The notes under the pieces are model-generated. The model was given only the letters and a program-made list of their open reading frames with translations, made no database searches and was not told the origin of the DNA. A stretch of DNA of 64,000 nucleotides, taken from NCBI GenBank assembly GCA_964426525.1, contig CAYRQL010000008.1, forward strand, positions 149-64,148, in the 5' to 3' direction. Source of the stretch: an uncultured Actinomycetota bacterium (GTDB lineage: Bacteria; Actinomycetota; Aquicultoria; SKW223; CALKMS01). Both the position numbers and the translations under genes were made by a program. Positions 8,746-18,182 of this stretch are shown here, in pieces (position 1 is the first letter of the stretch; every line of letters begins with the position of its first letter).

Positions 8746-8766
8746 TTGTATACAAGAGTGTGCACA
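8746..8766. promoter_or_regulatory. two adjacent perfect palindromes TTGTATACAA and TGTGCACA in the divergent intergenic region
   Basis: Perfect 10-bp and 8-bp palindromes 2-22 nt upstream of the ATG at 8768. Candidate operator sites. Confidence 0.35.
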
Positions 8767-8767
8767 A

Positions 8768-9361
8768 ATGGAAATTATTAGAGTTGGCAACAAAGTTATA
8801 AGCAAGGAAAAAATTAATAACCTGATAGGCAAGATTCTTCAACTTCGTGCCAGCGGCTCAACTCAAGCTGATGTGGCCAATAGTTTGGGTGTTGAACGTT
8901 CTTTTATTTCTCATCTTGAAGGTTTAGGCGAAGTTCGTTCAGGGAAAAGAGTTGCTTTAGTTGGTTTTCCAGTTGCCAATAAAAAGGAAATCGAAGAACT
9001 AGCTCTAAAAAAAGGCATTGAGTTTGTCTATCTTTTAAGCCAGGAAGAGAGAAAATCTTTCGAGAGAAAGAAAACTTCAGCTGAAGTCTTTAACGAGTTG
9101 TTAGATGTGCTTTCCTACTTAGTCAACTTTGATGTTGTTATTTTTCTTGGTTCAGATAAAAGGATTGCTCAGTTTGAACAAATTTTAGGGCGAAGGATAA
9201 TCGGCTACCAGCTTGGTAAATCTCCGATTCAGAAAAGTGTGGCTGTTGACTTAGATGTCCTTGAAGTTTTGTTTGAAAAGGCAGTTAAGACGAAAAGGTG
9301 GGAGGTGTGGCGTGAAAAAGGTCGTCAGCGTAAGCTTAGGCTCTTCAAAAAGAGATCATAA
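8768..9361 (+). CDS. XRE-family HTH domain protein with an uncharacterized C-terminal domain
   Basis: Cro/C1-type HTH (LRASGSTQADVANSLGVERSFISHLE). The ORF track starts at TTG 8717, but the ATG at 8768 is preferred. Confidence 0.55.
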   Translation: MEIIRVGNKVISKEKINNLIGKILQLRASGSTQADVANSLGVERSFISHLEGLGEVRSGKRVALVGFPVANKKEIEELALKKGIEFVYLLSQEERKSFERKKTSAEVFNELLDVLSYLVNFDVVIFLGSDKRIAQFEQILGRRIIGYQLGKSPIQKSVAVDLDVLEVLFEKAVKTKRWEVWREKGRQRKLRLFKKRS

Positions 9362-10214
9362 GGTTAAAGTTAAATTACTGGGGGAAGAGTTTGAAATTTC
9401 TCGAGTTGGGACCGATGGTAATTTCGAAAAGGCAATTGAGCTTTTAAAGAACTATGATGGCAAGGTAGCAGCAATTGGCCTTGGAGGTATCGACATCTAT
9501 CTTTATGGAGCTAAACGCAGGTATGTTATTCGGGACTCTCTTAGACTATTGGAGGTGGTAGAAAAAACTCCAGTTGTTGACGGAAGCGGTTTGAAGAATA
9601 CTCTCGAAAGAAAAACAATAGAGTATTTAATTGATAAGGGTTTTCAATTGCGAGGGAAGAAAGTCCTGATGGTAAGTGCAGTTGATCGTTTTGGAATGGC
9701 TGAAAGCCTTTTTCGAGCTGGTTGTGAAATTACCTACGGAGATTTAATTTTTGGACTAAATTTACCTTTCCCCATTCGCTCATTTCAAACTTTTCAGGTT
9801 TTAACCACCGTTCTTTTGCCTATTGTTACTAAAATGCCTTTTCAAGTTCTCTATCCGACCGGAGAAAAACAGGAAAAGGAACCTGACTCTCGCTATGCAA
9901 AGTATTATCAAGAAGCTGATATTATTGCCGGGGATTTTTTATTTATTCGGAAGTATATGCCTCCAGAGCTCAATGGCAAATGGATAATTACCAACACAGT
10001 AACAGCTAAAGATATTGAAGATTTGAGAGGACGGGGGGTTGAGTATCTGATCACTACTACTCCACGGTTTGAAGGAAGGTCTTTTGGCACTAATGTGATG
10101 GAAGCATTATTTATAGCAATCTTAGGCAAGAAAGTAGAAGAAGTTGAAGAAAGGGACTATTTAGAATTAATCGAGAAGTTAAATTTTGAACCCACTATTG
10201 ATAAGCTGAATTAA
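9312..10214 (+). CDS. uncharacterized conserved protein (DUF, about 300 aa)
   Basis: Start moved from ATG 9255 to GTG 9312, which has GGAGG 6 nt upstream. No recognisable catalytic motif. Translationally coupled to the flanking genes. Confidence 0.5.
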   Translation: MKKVVSVSLGSSKRDHKVKVKLLGEEFEISRVGTDGNFEKAIELLKNYDGKVAAIGLGGIDIYLYGAKRRYVIRDSLRLLEVVEKTPVVDGSGLKNTLERKTIEYLIDKGFQLRGKKVLMVSAVDRFGMAESLFRAGCEITYGDLIFGLNLPFPIRSFQTFQVLTTVLLPIVTKMPFQVLYPTGEKQEKEPDSRYAKYYQEADIIAGDFLFIRKYMPPELNGKWIITNTVTAKDIEDLRGRGVEYLITTTPRFEGRSFGTNVMEALFIAILGKKVEEVEERDYLELIEKLNFEPTIDKLN

Positions 10215-10215
10215 A

Positions 10216-11295
10216 ATGGGAGTTTTTGGTTTTTTAGTTCACCCCTTAAACCTTAACGATGTAGTTAAAAAGTACCGCTTGGCTGAGAAGCTTTCGCCTC
10301 GGGTTGTAGCCTCAGCTTTGCGTCGACGCCCACCTTTTGTTTTAACTGAAGCTAAAGGTATAGTTTCGGTAACGGGAGCAAGAGCTCGAGGTTATTTTGT
10401 GGCTGTGCCTTTACTGCCATTTCATTTTTTTGAACTTCCAGAGGAAAAAGTTTTGAAAAAGATTGCTCGGGCTTGTCGAGTTGCTCAGAAAGAAGGTGCA
10501 AAAATTATTGGCTTGGGAGCTTTTACTGCTTTGCCAGGCGAAGGTGGTAAAAAACTTCTCTCAATGGTTGATATTCCAGTGACAACCGGCAATAGCTATA
10601 CGGTAGCAACAGCGGTTGATGGCACTTTGGAAGCTGCCCGGCTTATGGAGATAAACCTTTCAAACTCAACTCTGGTGGTGCTGGGAGCAACAGGTTCTAT
10701 TGGGCGTGCTTGTTCTCTAATTCTTGCTTCTTATTTTTCCCGAATAATTTTAATTGGTCGGCGCCAGGACTATTTGTTGAGGGTTAAAGAAGAAGTTGAG
10801 CAAAAGGGGGGCAAGAATGTTTTTACTACCTCAGAGCTGGAAGCTGTTAAGGAAGGTGAGGTTGTAATAGCAGTTAGCAGTGCTTCAGAGGCTTTAATTG
10901 AACCAGCCTGGCTAAAAAGTGGGGCAGTGGTTTGCGATGTAGCTCGCCCGCGTGATGTTTCAGAAAGAGTAACTCAGGCAAGAAATGATGTACTGGTTAT
11001 TGATGGAGGGGTGGTTAAGGTTCCGGGTGAGTTAAAAATGGATTTTAATCTTGGCTTGCCAAAAGGAATAGTTCTTGCTTGTATGGCAGAAACAATGATT
11101 TTGGCTCTGGAAGAAAGATACGAATCATTTACAATAGGTAAAGAAATAACGGTTGAACAAGTAGAAGAGATTAAACTTTTAGCAGAAAAACATGGCTTTT
11201 CCCTGGCTGGCTTGAGAAGTTTTGAAAAACTCTTGCCTATGGAAAAAATTGAAGAAATAAAACACCAAGCCCGCTTCGCCCGAGCTCCTAGCTAA
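10216..11295 (+). CDS. acyl-ACP reductase (AAR)-family NAD(P)-dependent oxidoreductase homolog
   Basis: 359 aa. N-terminal FGFLVHPL, central TGNSYTVA, Rossmann motif VVLGATGSIGRACS, then VIDGGVVK and ACMAETMILALEE. These are collinear with cyanobacterial AAR motifs (FGLIGH, TGNTHTAY, VVGATGDIGSAVC, ACFAEAMLLEFE). Confidence 0.55.
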   Translation: MGVFGFLVHPLNLNDVVKKYRLAEKLSPRVVASALRRRPPFVLTEAKGIVSVTGARARGYFVAVPLLPFHFFELPEEKVLKKIARACRVAQKEGAKIIGLGAFTALPGEGGKKLLSMVDIPVTTGNSYTVATAVDGTLEAARLMEINLSNSTLVVLGATGSIGRACSLILASYFSRIILIGRRQDYLLRVKEEVEQKGGKNVFTTSELEAVKEGEVVIAVSSASEALIEPAWLKSGAVVCDVARPRDVSERVTQARNDVLVIDGGVVKVPGELKMDFNLGLPKGIVLACMAETMILALEERYESFTIGKEITVEQVEEIKLLAEKHGFSLAGLRSFEKLLPMEKIEEIKHQARFARAPS

Positions 11296-11313
11296 TTGTT
11301 TTCTTTCCTAGGT

Positions 11314-11342
11314 TTGACGCTCTTATTTTCAAAGGTTAGAAT
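11314..11342 (+). promoter_or_regulatory. sigma-70 type promoter TTGACG-17-TAGAAT upstream of hisG
   Basis: Consensus-like -35 and -10 elements with 17-bp spacing, 28 nt upstream of hisG. Confidence 0.4.
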
Positions 11343-11369
11343 AGTATAAATTTCTGGAGGTCAAAAATT

Positions 11370-12242
11370 ATGCTTAAAGTTGTTTTACCAAAAGGAAGTC
11401 TGGAGGAACCAACGCTTAAACTCTTTCAGCAAGCTGACCTTGAGGTCAAAAAAGTTCCTCGTTCTTATAAGCTGCGGGTTGACGATCCGAGAATTTCTGA
11501 AGTAAGGCTTCTTCGGCCTCAAGAAATTCCTCGCTTGGTAGAAGAAGGCTATTTTGATTTAGGTATAACAGGTTACGATTGCATAATGGAAACAGGCGCC
11601 CAGGTAGAGATTCTCGAAGACTTACCGTATAGCAAAGTGACTTCTGAGCCAGTGCGTTTGGTTTTAGCGGTCTTTGAGGAAACGGACTATCATAAACCAG
11701 AAGACCTTCCTTCTGGCGCTCGCATCGCCACCGAGTTTCCAAACATAACTAAGGATTTTTTTAATAATTTGGGAATGAATGTTAAGGTTTATTACTCCTA
11801 CGGGGCAACGGAAGCTAAGGTTCCTGATATTGTTGATGCAGTTGTTGATTTGACAGAAACCGGAGAAACCTTGAGAAAAAATCGCTTGAGGATAATCGGA
11901 ACTTTACTTGAGTCTTCAACCAAGTTAATAGCTAATAAGAATTCTTATTTACAGCCTGAAAAGAAAAAAGCAATTGATGAAATAAAACTTCTACTTCTGG
12001 GGGTGATTGAAGCTAGAGGCAGAGTTCTCATTTCTTTAAATGTTAAAGCTGATAGGCTTGAAAAGGTGGTTAATATTTTACCAGCTATGAAGAGACCGAC
12101 CGTTTCTGAGCTTTACAAATCTGATTATTATGAAGTGGTAACAGTTGTAGATAAAAGCATGGTGAATGTTTTGATTCCCAGGTTAAAGGAAGCAGGAGCT
12201 GAAGATATTTTGGAAATACCTATTTCAAAAATTGTCAAGTAG
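11370..12242 (+). CDS. hisG: ATP phosphoribosyltransferase, long form with C-terminal regulatory domain
   Basis: 290 aa HisG-like. Stand-alone, with no other his genes nearby. Confidence 0.85.
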   Translation: MLKVVLPKGSLEEPTLKLFQQADLEVKKVPRSYKLRVDDPRISEVRLLRPQEIPRLVEEGYFDLGITGYDCIMETGAQVEILEDLPYSKVTSEPVRLVLAVFEETDYHKPEDLPSGARIATEFPNITKDFFNNLGMNVKVYYSYGATEAKVPDIVDAVVDLTETGETLRKNRLRIIGTLLESSTKLIANKNSYLQPEKKKAIDEIKLLLLGVIEARGRVLISLNVKADRLEKVVNILPAMKRPTVSELYKSDYYEVVTVVDKSMVNVLIPRLKEAGAEDILEIPISKIVK

Positions 12243-12284
12243 TTAAGATTTCAAAAACTTTAAAGTTTTTCTGGAGGATTTAAA

Positions 12285-12776
12285 ATGGAAAATAGCAACA
12301 GGGAAGAAAATTATTTAACTTTGGAAGGCTACCAAGCTTTGCTTTCCGAGCTGGAAGAGTTAGAGAAGGTAAGGCGGAAAGAGGTGGCTCGGAGAATTAA
12401 AGAGGCCGTTGGTTTTGGCGATCTTTCTGAGAATTCAGAGTACACGGATGCTAAAGAAGAGCAAGCTTTTATTGAGGGTAGGATTGCTGAAATAAAAGCC
12501 GCGATTTCCAGAGTTAAAATCATTGACAGCGCTTCAGGAGCAAGTGATGAAGTTGCTCTTGGAAGAGAAGTTGAGCTGGAGAAATTAGATACCAGAGAGA
12601 AATGTTCTTTTCGGATTGTTGGCTCGGAAGAATCTGACCCGTCCAGAGGTAAGATTTCTTTTAAGTCACCGGTTGGCAAGGCTTTGTTAGGCAGGAAAGT
12701 TGGTGAGGAGGTTTTAGTTAACACCCCAGCGGGAGAGGTCAGATATCGGATTTTAGCAATTAAGGTGGTTGATTGA
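12285..12776 (+). CDS. greA: transcription elongation factor GreA
   Basis: 163 aa. N-terminal coiled coil with the acidic DxxE tip, plus C-terminal FKBP-like domain. Confidence 0.9.
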   Translation: MENSNREENYLTLEGYQALLSELEELEKVRRKEVARRIKEAVGFGDLSENSEYTDAKEEQAFIEGRIAEIKAAISRVKIIDSASGASDEVALGREVELEKLDTREKCSFRIVGSEESDPSRGKISFKSPVGKALLGRKVGEEVLVNTPAGEVRYRILAIKVVD

Positions 12777-14242
12777 AAAAAGCTGAGGAAAAGCTGACGC
12801 GACTGGAAAAGTTAGAGAAGTTAAGAGAACAAGGCGAGGCAGTTTTTTCAACTTCCTTTACTCGGAATACGCTGGTAAGAGAAATCAGAGAAAAGTATTC
12901 TCATCTTGATTCGGGCGAAAAAGTTGAAGAGAAATTTTCACTGGCCGGTAGAGTAATGGGGATGAGGGACCATGGGAAGATTGCTTTTGCCGATTTAAAA
13001 GACGGCAGCGGCAAAATTCAGCTTTATCTTTCTCCCCAAACTCTGGGAGAGAAGTACCAGTATTTTCTGGACTATGTTGACTTGGGTGATATTATCGGTC
13101 TCGAAGGGGAAGTGTTAAAAACGAGGAGAGGCGAGCTTTCTATTGTGGTGAATGATTTCAAGATTTTAGCTAAATCCCTTCTTCCCTGGCCGGAAAAATG
13201 GCATGGATTGCGCGATGTTGAGGCACGTTATCGCCAGCGTTACTTAGATTTAGTAGTTAATCCTAAAGCTCGCCAGATTTTTGAGTTAAGAACCAGAATA
13301 ATCAAATTAATCAGGGAATTTCTTGATGAGCGCGAATTTCAGGAGGTAGAAACCCCCATTCTTCAACCGCTACCCGGCGGGGCTTTAGCTAAACCTTTTT
13401 CAACTTATCATAAGGCTTTGGGTGTTGAGCTTTATTTGCGGATTGCTCCGGAACTTTATTTAAAAAGATTAATAATTGGGGGCTTGGAAAAGGTTTATGA
13501 GCTTAACCGAAGTTTTAGGAACGAAGGAATATCTATCAAGCATAATCCCGAATTTACTATGCTTGAAGTTTATCAAGCTTATGCTGATTATCGAGATATG
13601 ATGGAACTGGTTAAGGAAATGCTTAAGTATGTCGTAGAAAAAGCACGGCGTAGTTTAGAAATAAACTATCAGGGGCAGAAGATAGATTTTACTTCTTTTT
13701 CGGAAATCAGCTATCTTGAGGCTTTAAAAGAATTTGCCGGAATCGAAGTTGGTTTTGATCAAGAGTGGTCTGAGCTTAAAAAGCTTGCTGAGAAAGAAGG
13801 AATTGAAGTTAAAAAGTATTGGGGCAAGGGAAAGATAATTGCTGAGCTGTTTGAGAAATTAGTGGAACCAAAACTAATTCAGCCCACTTTTGTTCTTGAT
13901 TATCCACGGGAAATTTCTCCTTTAGCTCGACGGCATCCTGAAAATCCTGATTTAACTGAGAGGTTTGAACTTATTGTAGCCGGAAAAGAGCTGGCCAATG
14001 CTTTTTCTGAGCTTAATGACCCCTTAGAACAAAAGGAACGTTTTGAAGAGCAAGCCAAACTTAAGCAAGAAGGAGAAGAAGAAATTCAACTTTATGATCG
14101 CGATTTTCTTCAAGCTTTAGAGTATGGAATGCCACCAACCGGAGGGCTGGGTTTAGGGATTGATAGACTGGTTATGCTTCTAAGTGATGTTTACTCCATC
14201 CGGGAGGTCTTGCTTTTTCCTCAACTTCGCCCGGAAGAATAG
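12773..14242 (+). CDS. lysS: lysine--tRNA ligase (class II)
   Basis: 489 aa. OB-fold anticodon-binding domain plus class II motifs 1-3. TTGA overlap with the greA stop. Confidence 0.9.
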   Translation: MKKAEEKLTRLEKLEKLREQGEAVFSTSFTRNTLVREIREKYSHLDSGEKVEEKFSLAGRVMGMRDHGKIAFADLKDGSGKIQLYLSPQTLGEKYQYFLDYVDLGDIIGLEGEVLKTRRGELSIVVNDFKILAKSLLPWPEKWHGLRDVEARYRQRYLDLVVNPKARQIFELRTRIIKLIREFLDEREFQEVETPILQPLPGGALAKPFSTYHKALGVELYLRIAPELYLKRLIIGGLEKVYELNRSFRNEGISIKHNPEFTMLEVYQAYADYRDMMELVKEMLKYVVEKARRSLEINYQGQKIDFTSFSEISYLEALKEFAGIEVGFDQEWSELKKLAEKEGIEVKKYWGKGKIIAELFEKLVEPKLIQPTFVLDYPREISPLARRHPENPDLTERFELIVAGKELANAFSELNDPLEQKERFEEQAKLKQEGEEEIQLYDRDFLQALEYGMPPTGGLGLGIDRLVMLLSDVYSIREVLLFPQLRPEE

Positions 14243-14355
14243 TTTTCCAAATTACCACTTCAAATCAGCATTGTTTGACAAAGCTCCTAAATCAGAGAGA
14301 AAATATATTATTAGAAATTATTTTATTATTTGAAATTATTTTGAGGTTGTAGAAA

Positions 14356-16845
14356 ATGAGTGAAAACTATTCAGAAAGGTTTACCGAGCGGGCCAGGAGA
14401 GCTATTGTCAACGCTCAAGAAGAGGCTCGGCTTTTAAATCATAGCTATGTTGGTACTGAGCACCTGCTTTTAGGTATTTTGCGTGTTGAGGGTTGCCTGG
14501 CTGTCCAGGTACTGGGGGACCTTGGTATCGAAACGGAAGAAGTCAGACAAAAAATTGAGGATCTTATAGGGCGAGGTGATTCGCTTCCTACCGGAAACAT
14601 TCCTTTTTCTCACCGGGCTAAGCGGGTTCTTGAGTTGGCTTTTCGCGAAGCCTTACAGCTTGGCCATAACTATGTTGGCACTGAACATCTCCTTTTAGGC
14701 CTGGTTCGAGAAGGGGAAAGCGTTGCCGCTCATGTTTTGTTTGAGCTTGGTGTTGACCTTGAAAATTTAAGAAATAAAGTTATCCGAGCCCTTAGTGGTT
14801 ATGTTGGTTCACCTTCTCTTGAGCCTGAGCCGCAAACCCGCCAAGCCAAAGGTTCGCCACTCGAAGAATATGGGCGGAACCTTGTTAGATTGGCTCGGGA
14901 AGGCAAGCTTGATCCGGTTATTGGAAGAGAAAGAGAAATTGAAAGAGTAATGCAGATTTTAACCCGGCGGACCAAGAATAATCCGGTTTTGATTGGGGAA
15001 CCAGGTGTTGGTAAGACAGCCATTGTTGAAGGGCTGGCTCAGCGAATAGCCAAACGGGAAGCGCCGGAAATTCTTAACGATAAAGAAATATATACTCTTG
15101 ACTTAGGCGCACTGGTTGCCGGTTCTAAATATCGAGGTGAGTTTGAAGAAAGACTTAAAAGAGTGATGAAGGAAATAAAAAAGAAAGGCAATGTGGTTTT
15201 GTTTGTTGACGAAATTCATACTTTAGTTGGAGCCGGAGCGGCTGAAGGCGCAATTGATGCCGCCAGCATATTAAAGCCGGCTTTAGCTCGAGGCGAGATT
15301 CAAACAATTGGCGCTACCACTTTGGATGAATATCGAAAACACTTTGAAAGAGATGCGGCTCTAGAGCGTAGATTTCAGCCGGTGATGGTTGAAGAACCGA
15401 GCATCGCAGAAAGTATCGAAATTTTAAAAGGTCTTCGCAGTCATTATGAGTCACATCACCGGGTTGTTATTACTGACGAGGCAATAGTGGCCGCTGCGAA
15501 CTTAAGCCATCGCTATATAAACGACCGTTATTTACCTGACAAAGCTATAGATTTAATAGATGAAGCGGCTTCTCGAGTGAGAATAAAAGCAACTCAATTA
15601 CCACCTGAGATTAAGGAGATTGACGAAAAAATTAAGCAGTTGAAGACAGAAAAAGAGGAAGCGATTAAGTCTCAAGATTTTGAAAAAGCGGCTGCCATTA
15701 GAGATAAGGAAAGAAAACTTTACTTGGAACGGAAAAAGAAAGAAGCAATTTGGAAGAAAGCTCAGGAATCTTTCTTTCCCAAGATTGGAGAAGAAGAAGT
15801 AGCTGAGATTACTTCTCTCTGGACTGGAATACCGGTTTTCAGCTTGACCGAGGAGGAATCTCAAAAACTTATCAAGATGGAAGAGGGACTTCATCGGAGA
15901 ATTGTTGGTCAGAATGAGGCAGTAAAAGCTTTATCTAAGGCTATTCGTCGAGCTCGAGCTGGCTTAAAAGATCCTAAACGCCCAACCGGCTCTTTCATGT
16001 TTCTCGGACCCTCTGGCGTAGGAAAAACGGAAACTGCCAAAGCTTTAGCTGAGTATTTATTTGGTGACGAAAAGTCACTGGTTCAGTTAGATATGTCAGA
16101 ATATATGGAGAAATTTTCAGTTTCCCGTCTGGTTGGTTCACCTCCAGGATATGTTGGCTATGAAGAGGGTGGACAGCTGACTGAAGCGGTTCGAAGAAGA
16201 CCTTTCTCGGTTGTTTTGTTTGATGAGATAGAAAAAGCCCATCGCGATGTTTTCAATATTCTTCTTCAAATTATGGAAGACGGGCGCTTAACTGATTCTC
16301 AGGGGCGAACGGTCGATTTTAAAAATACTATTATTATCTTGACTTCTAACCTGGGAACTCGAGACATTCAGAAAGGTGTAAGCCTAGGATTTGCTACCAC
16401 TGAGCCTTCCGGTAGGCTTTCTTATGAAAAGATGAAAACCAGGCTTTTAGAGGAAACCAAAAAAGCATTTCCTCCGGAGTTTCTTAATCGCTTAGATGAC
16501 ATAATTGTCTTTCACGAGCTGAGCGAGACGGAAATTCTATCAATTATCGAGATGCTTTTTTCGGGGCTTAAGGAGAGAATGGCTGATAAAGGGTTAAAAC
16601 TTGAACTTTCCAAGGAAGCCAAGAAGTTTTTAATTAAAGAAGGATTTGACCCATCTTTGGGAGCTCGACCTTTGAGGAGAGCTTTACAAAAATTAGTTGA
16701 AGACCCGCTATCAGAGGCTTTGCTGGCTGAAAACTTTAAACCGGGCCAAACAGTGGTAGTAGATGCTTCCGATAAAGAAATATTTTTCTGGGTGAGGGAA
16801 AGCAAAAAAGAAAAAGTTACCACTTCGGTTGAGAGAGAAGAATGA
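14356..16845 (+). CDS. clpC: ATP-dependent Clp protease ATP-binding subunit ClpC
   Basis: 829 aa. Duplicated Clp_N, two AAA+ modules (GEPGVGKT and GPSGVGKT), and a short UVR linker. Confidence 0.9.
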   Translation: MSENYSERFTERARRAIVNAQEEARLLNHSYVGTEHLLLGILRVEGCLAVQVLGDLGIETEEVRQKIEDLIGRGDSLPTGNIPFSHRAKRVLELAFREALQLGHNYVGTEHLLLGLVREGESVAAHVLFELGVDLENLRNKVIRALSGYVGSPSLEPEPQTRQAKGSPLEEYGRNLVRLAREGKLDPVIGREREIERVMQILTRRTKNNPVLIGEPGVGKTAIVEGLAQRIAKREAPEILNDKEIYTLDLGALVAGSKYRGEFEERLKRVMKEIKKKGNVVLFVDEIHTLVGAGAAEGAIDAASILKPALARGEIQTIGATTLDEYRKHFERDAALERRFQPVMVEEPSIAESIEILKGLRSHYESHHRVVITDEAIVAAANLSHRYINDRYLPDKAIDLIDEAASRVRIKATQLPPEIKEIDEKIKQLKTEKEEAIKSQDFEKAAAIRDKERKLYLERKKKEAIWKKAQESFFPKIGEEEVAEITSLWTGIPVFSLTEEESQKLIKMEEGLHRRIVGQNEAVKALSKAIRRARAGLKDPKRPTGSFMFLGPSGVGKTETAKALAEYLFGDEKSLVQLDMSEYMEKFSVSRLVGSPPGYVGYEEGGQLTEAVRRRPFSVVLFDEIEKAHRDVFNILLQIMEDGRLTDSQGRTVDFKNTIIILTSNLGTRDIQKGVSLGFATTEPSGRLSYEKMKTRLLEETKKAFPPEFLNRLDDIIVFHELSETEILSIIEMLFSGLKERMADKGLKLELSKEAKKFLIKEGFDPSLGARPLRRALQKLVEDPLSEALLAENFKPGQTVVVDASDKEIFFWVRESKKEKVTTSVEREE

Positions 16846-18182
16846 AGTCTTCCCCCATCTTCCAGTGTCAGGCTTGCGGTTATCAAGCCTCAGGCTGGCT
16901 TGGAAGGTGCCCAAACTGTGGCGAGTGGGATAGTTTTAAGGAAAAAAAAGAAAAGTCAGAAAAGATCAATCTCGATTTACCTGAACCAAAAACTTTATCC
17001 CAGATTGATTTTCAAGAAGAACCCCGCTTTAGTTCCGGTTTTTTAGAGTTTGACCGAGTTCTTGGCGGGGGCGTGGTTAAAGGTTCGGTGGTGCTAGTAG
17101 GCGGAGAGCCAGGCATTGGTAAGTCAACTCTTTTGCTTCAAGTAGCCTCTAACTTAGCTAAAAAGAATAAAAAGGTTTTCTATGTTTCTGGAGAGGAATC
17201 ACCACCACAGGTAGCAATGCGGGCTAAAAGGTTGAGCAGTTTTCTTCCTGAAGTATATCTTTTATGCGAAACCGATGCCCGGATTGCTCTTGAAACCATC
17301 AACGATAACCAGCCTGAGGTGGTAATTATTGATTCAATTCAGTCTTTTTACTTTCCAGAGATTTCCTCGCTCCCTGGAAGCCCAAACCAGTTACGGGAAA
17401 CTGCCTCAAAGATAGTAGAAATTGCCAAAAAACAAGGGATAACTTTTTTTTTGATTGGCCAAGTAACTAAGGAAGGACAACTAGCCGGGCCTAAAATTAT
17501 TGAGCATCTGGTAGATACAGTGCTTTACTTTGAAAGCAGTATTTCAGATCTTCACCGGGTAATCAGAGCGGTGAAAAATCGCTTTGGCTCAACCGATGAA
17601 GTTGGGATTTTCGAGATGGGAGCCAGTGGCTTGCAAGAAGTAAAAAATCCAACTTCCCACTTTATTTCTCAAAGTTTGGAAAGGAAAGGGGTGGCTATTG
17701 CTCCGGTAATGGAGGGCTCAAGGCCTTTCTTGCTAGAATTTCAGGCTTTGACTAATAGAACATACTTTCCCAATCCTCGGAGACTTTCGTTAGGCGTAGA
17801 TTTAAACCGTTTGTTGTTGATTTTGGCAATTTTAGAAAAATATGCCTCTCTTCGCTTGTTTGAATATGATGTTTACTTGAGCACCGCTGGAGGTCTTCGC
17901 TTAAGCGATCCTGCAGCTGACCTTGCAGTTTTGGTTAGTGTGTTTAGTTCTTTACAGGATATAACTTTGCCGGAAGGAATTGTTTTTTTGGGCGAGGTTG
18001 GTTTGGGAGGAGACTTAAGGCCTGCTCCTTTCATTAATTTAAGACTTAAGGAAGCAGCGAAATTAGGCTTTAAATCAGTTATTATGCCAAAATATGATAA
18101 AATTGAGGCTGCAAAATCATTAAAAATGATTTTTAAAAAGAATATTAAGGAGGTTTTAGAGTTTCTTTCAAAAAATGGTTAA
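16842..18182 (+). CDS. radA: DNA repair protein RadA/Sms
   Basis: N-terminal Cys4 zinc finger, RecA-like ATPase (GEPGIGKST), and Lon-like C-terminal domain. Confidence 0.9.
   Translation: MKSSPIFQCQACGYQASGWLGRCPNCGEWDSFKEKKEKSEKINLDLPEPKTLSQIDFQEEPRFSSGFLEFDRVLGGGVVKGSVVLVGGEPGIGKSTLLLQVASNLAKKNKKVFYVSGEESPPQVAMRAKRLSSFLPEVYLLCETDARIALETINDNQPEVVIIDSIQSFYFPEISSLPGSPNQLRETASKIVEIAKKQGITFFLIGQVTKEGQLAGPKIIEHLVDTVLYFESSISDLHRVIRAVKNRFGSTDEVGIFEMGASGLQEVKNPTSHFISQSLERKGVAIAPVMEGSRPFLLEFQALTNRTYFPNPRRLSLGVDLNRLLLILAILEKYASLRLFEYDVYLSTAGGLRLSDPAADLAVLVSVFSSLQDITLPEGIVFLGEVGLGGDLRPAPFINLRLKEAAKLGFKSVIMPKYDKIEAAKSLKMIFKKNIKEVLEFLSKNG

Noticed and set aside
9255-9311. ATG 9255 as the start of the DUF gene
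   Set aside because: GTG 9312 has a canonical GGAGG 6 nt upstream and avoids a 19-aa poly-basic leader. Translational coupling with the upstream gene fits better.
11296-11369. T-box or riboswitch leaders upstream of hisG, lysS, gltX and cysE-cysS
   Set aside because: The intergenic spaces are too short (3-110 nt). No specifier-loop or T-box motif (AATTAGGGTGGTACCGCG-like) was seen.
14243-14355. CtsR operator upstream of clpC
   Set aside because: No GGTCAAA-NAN-GGTCAAA tandem heptad is present, and no ctsR gene is in the window.
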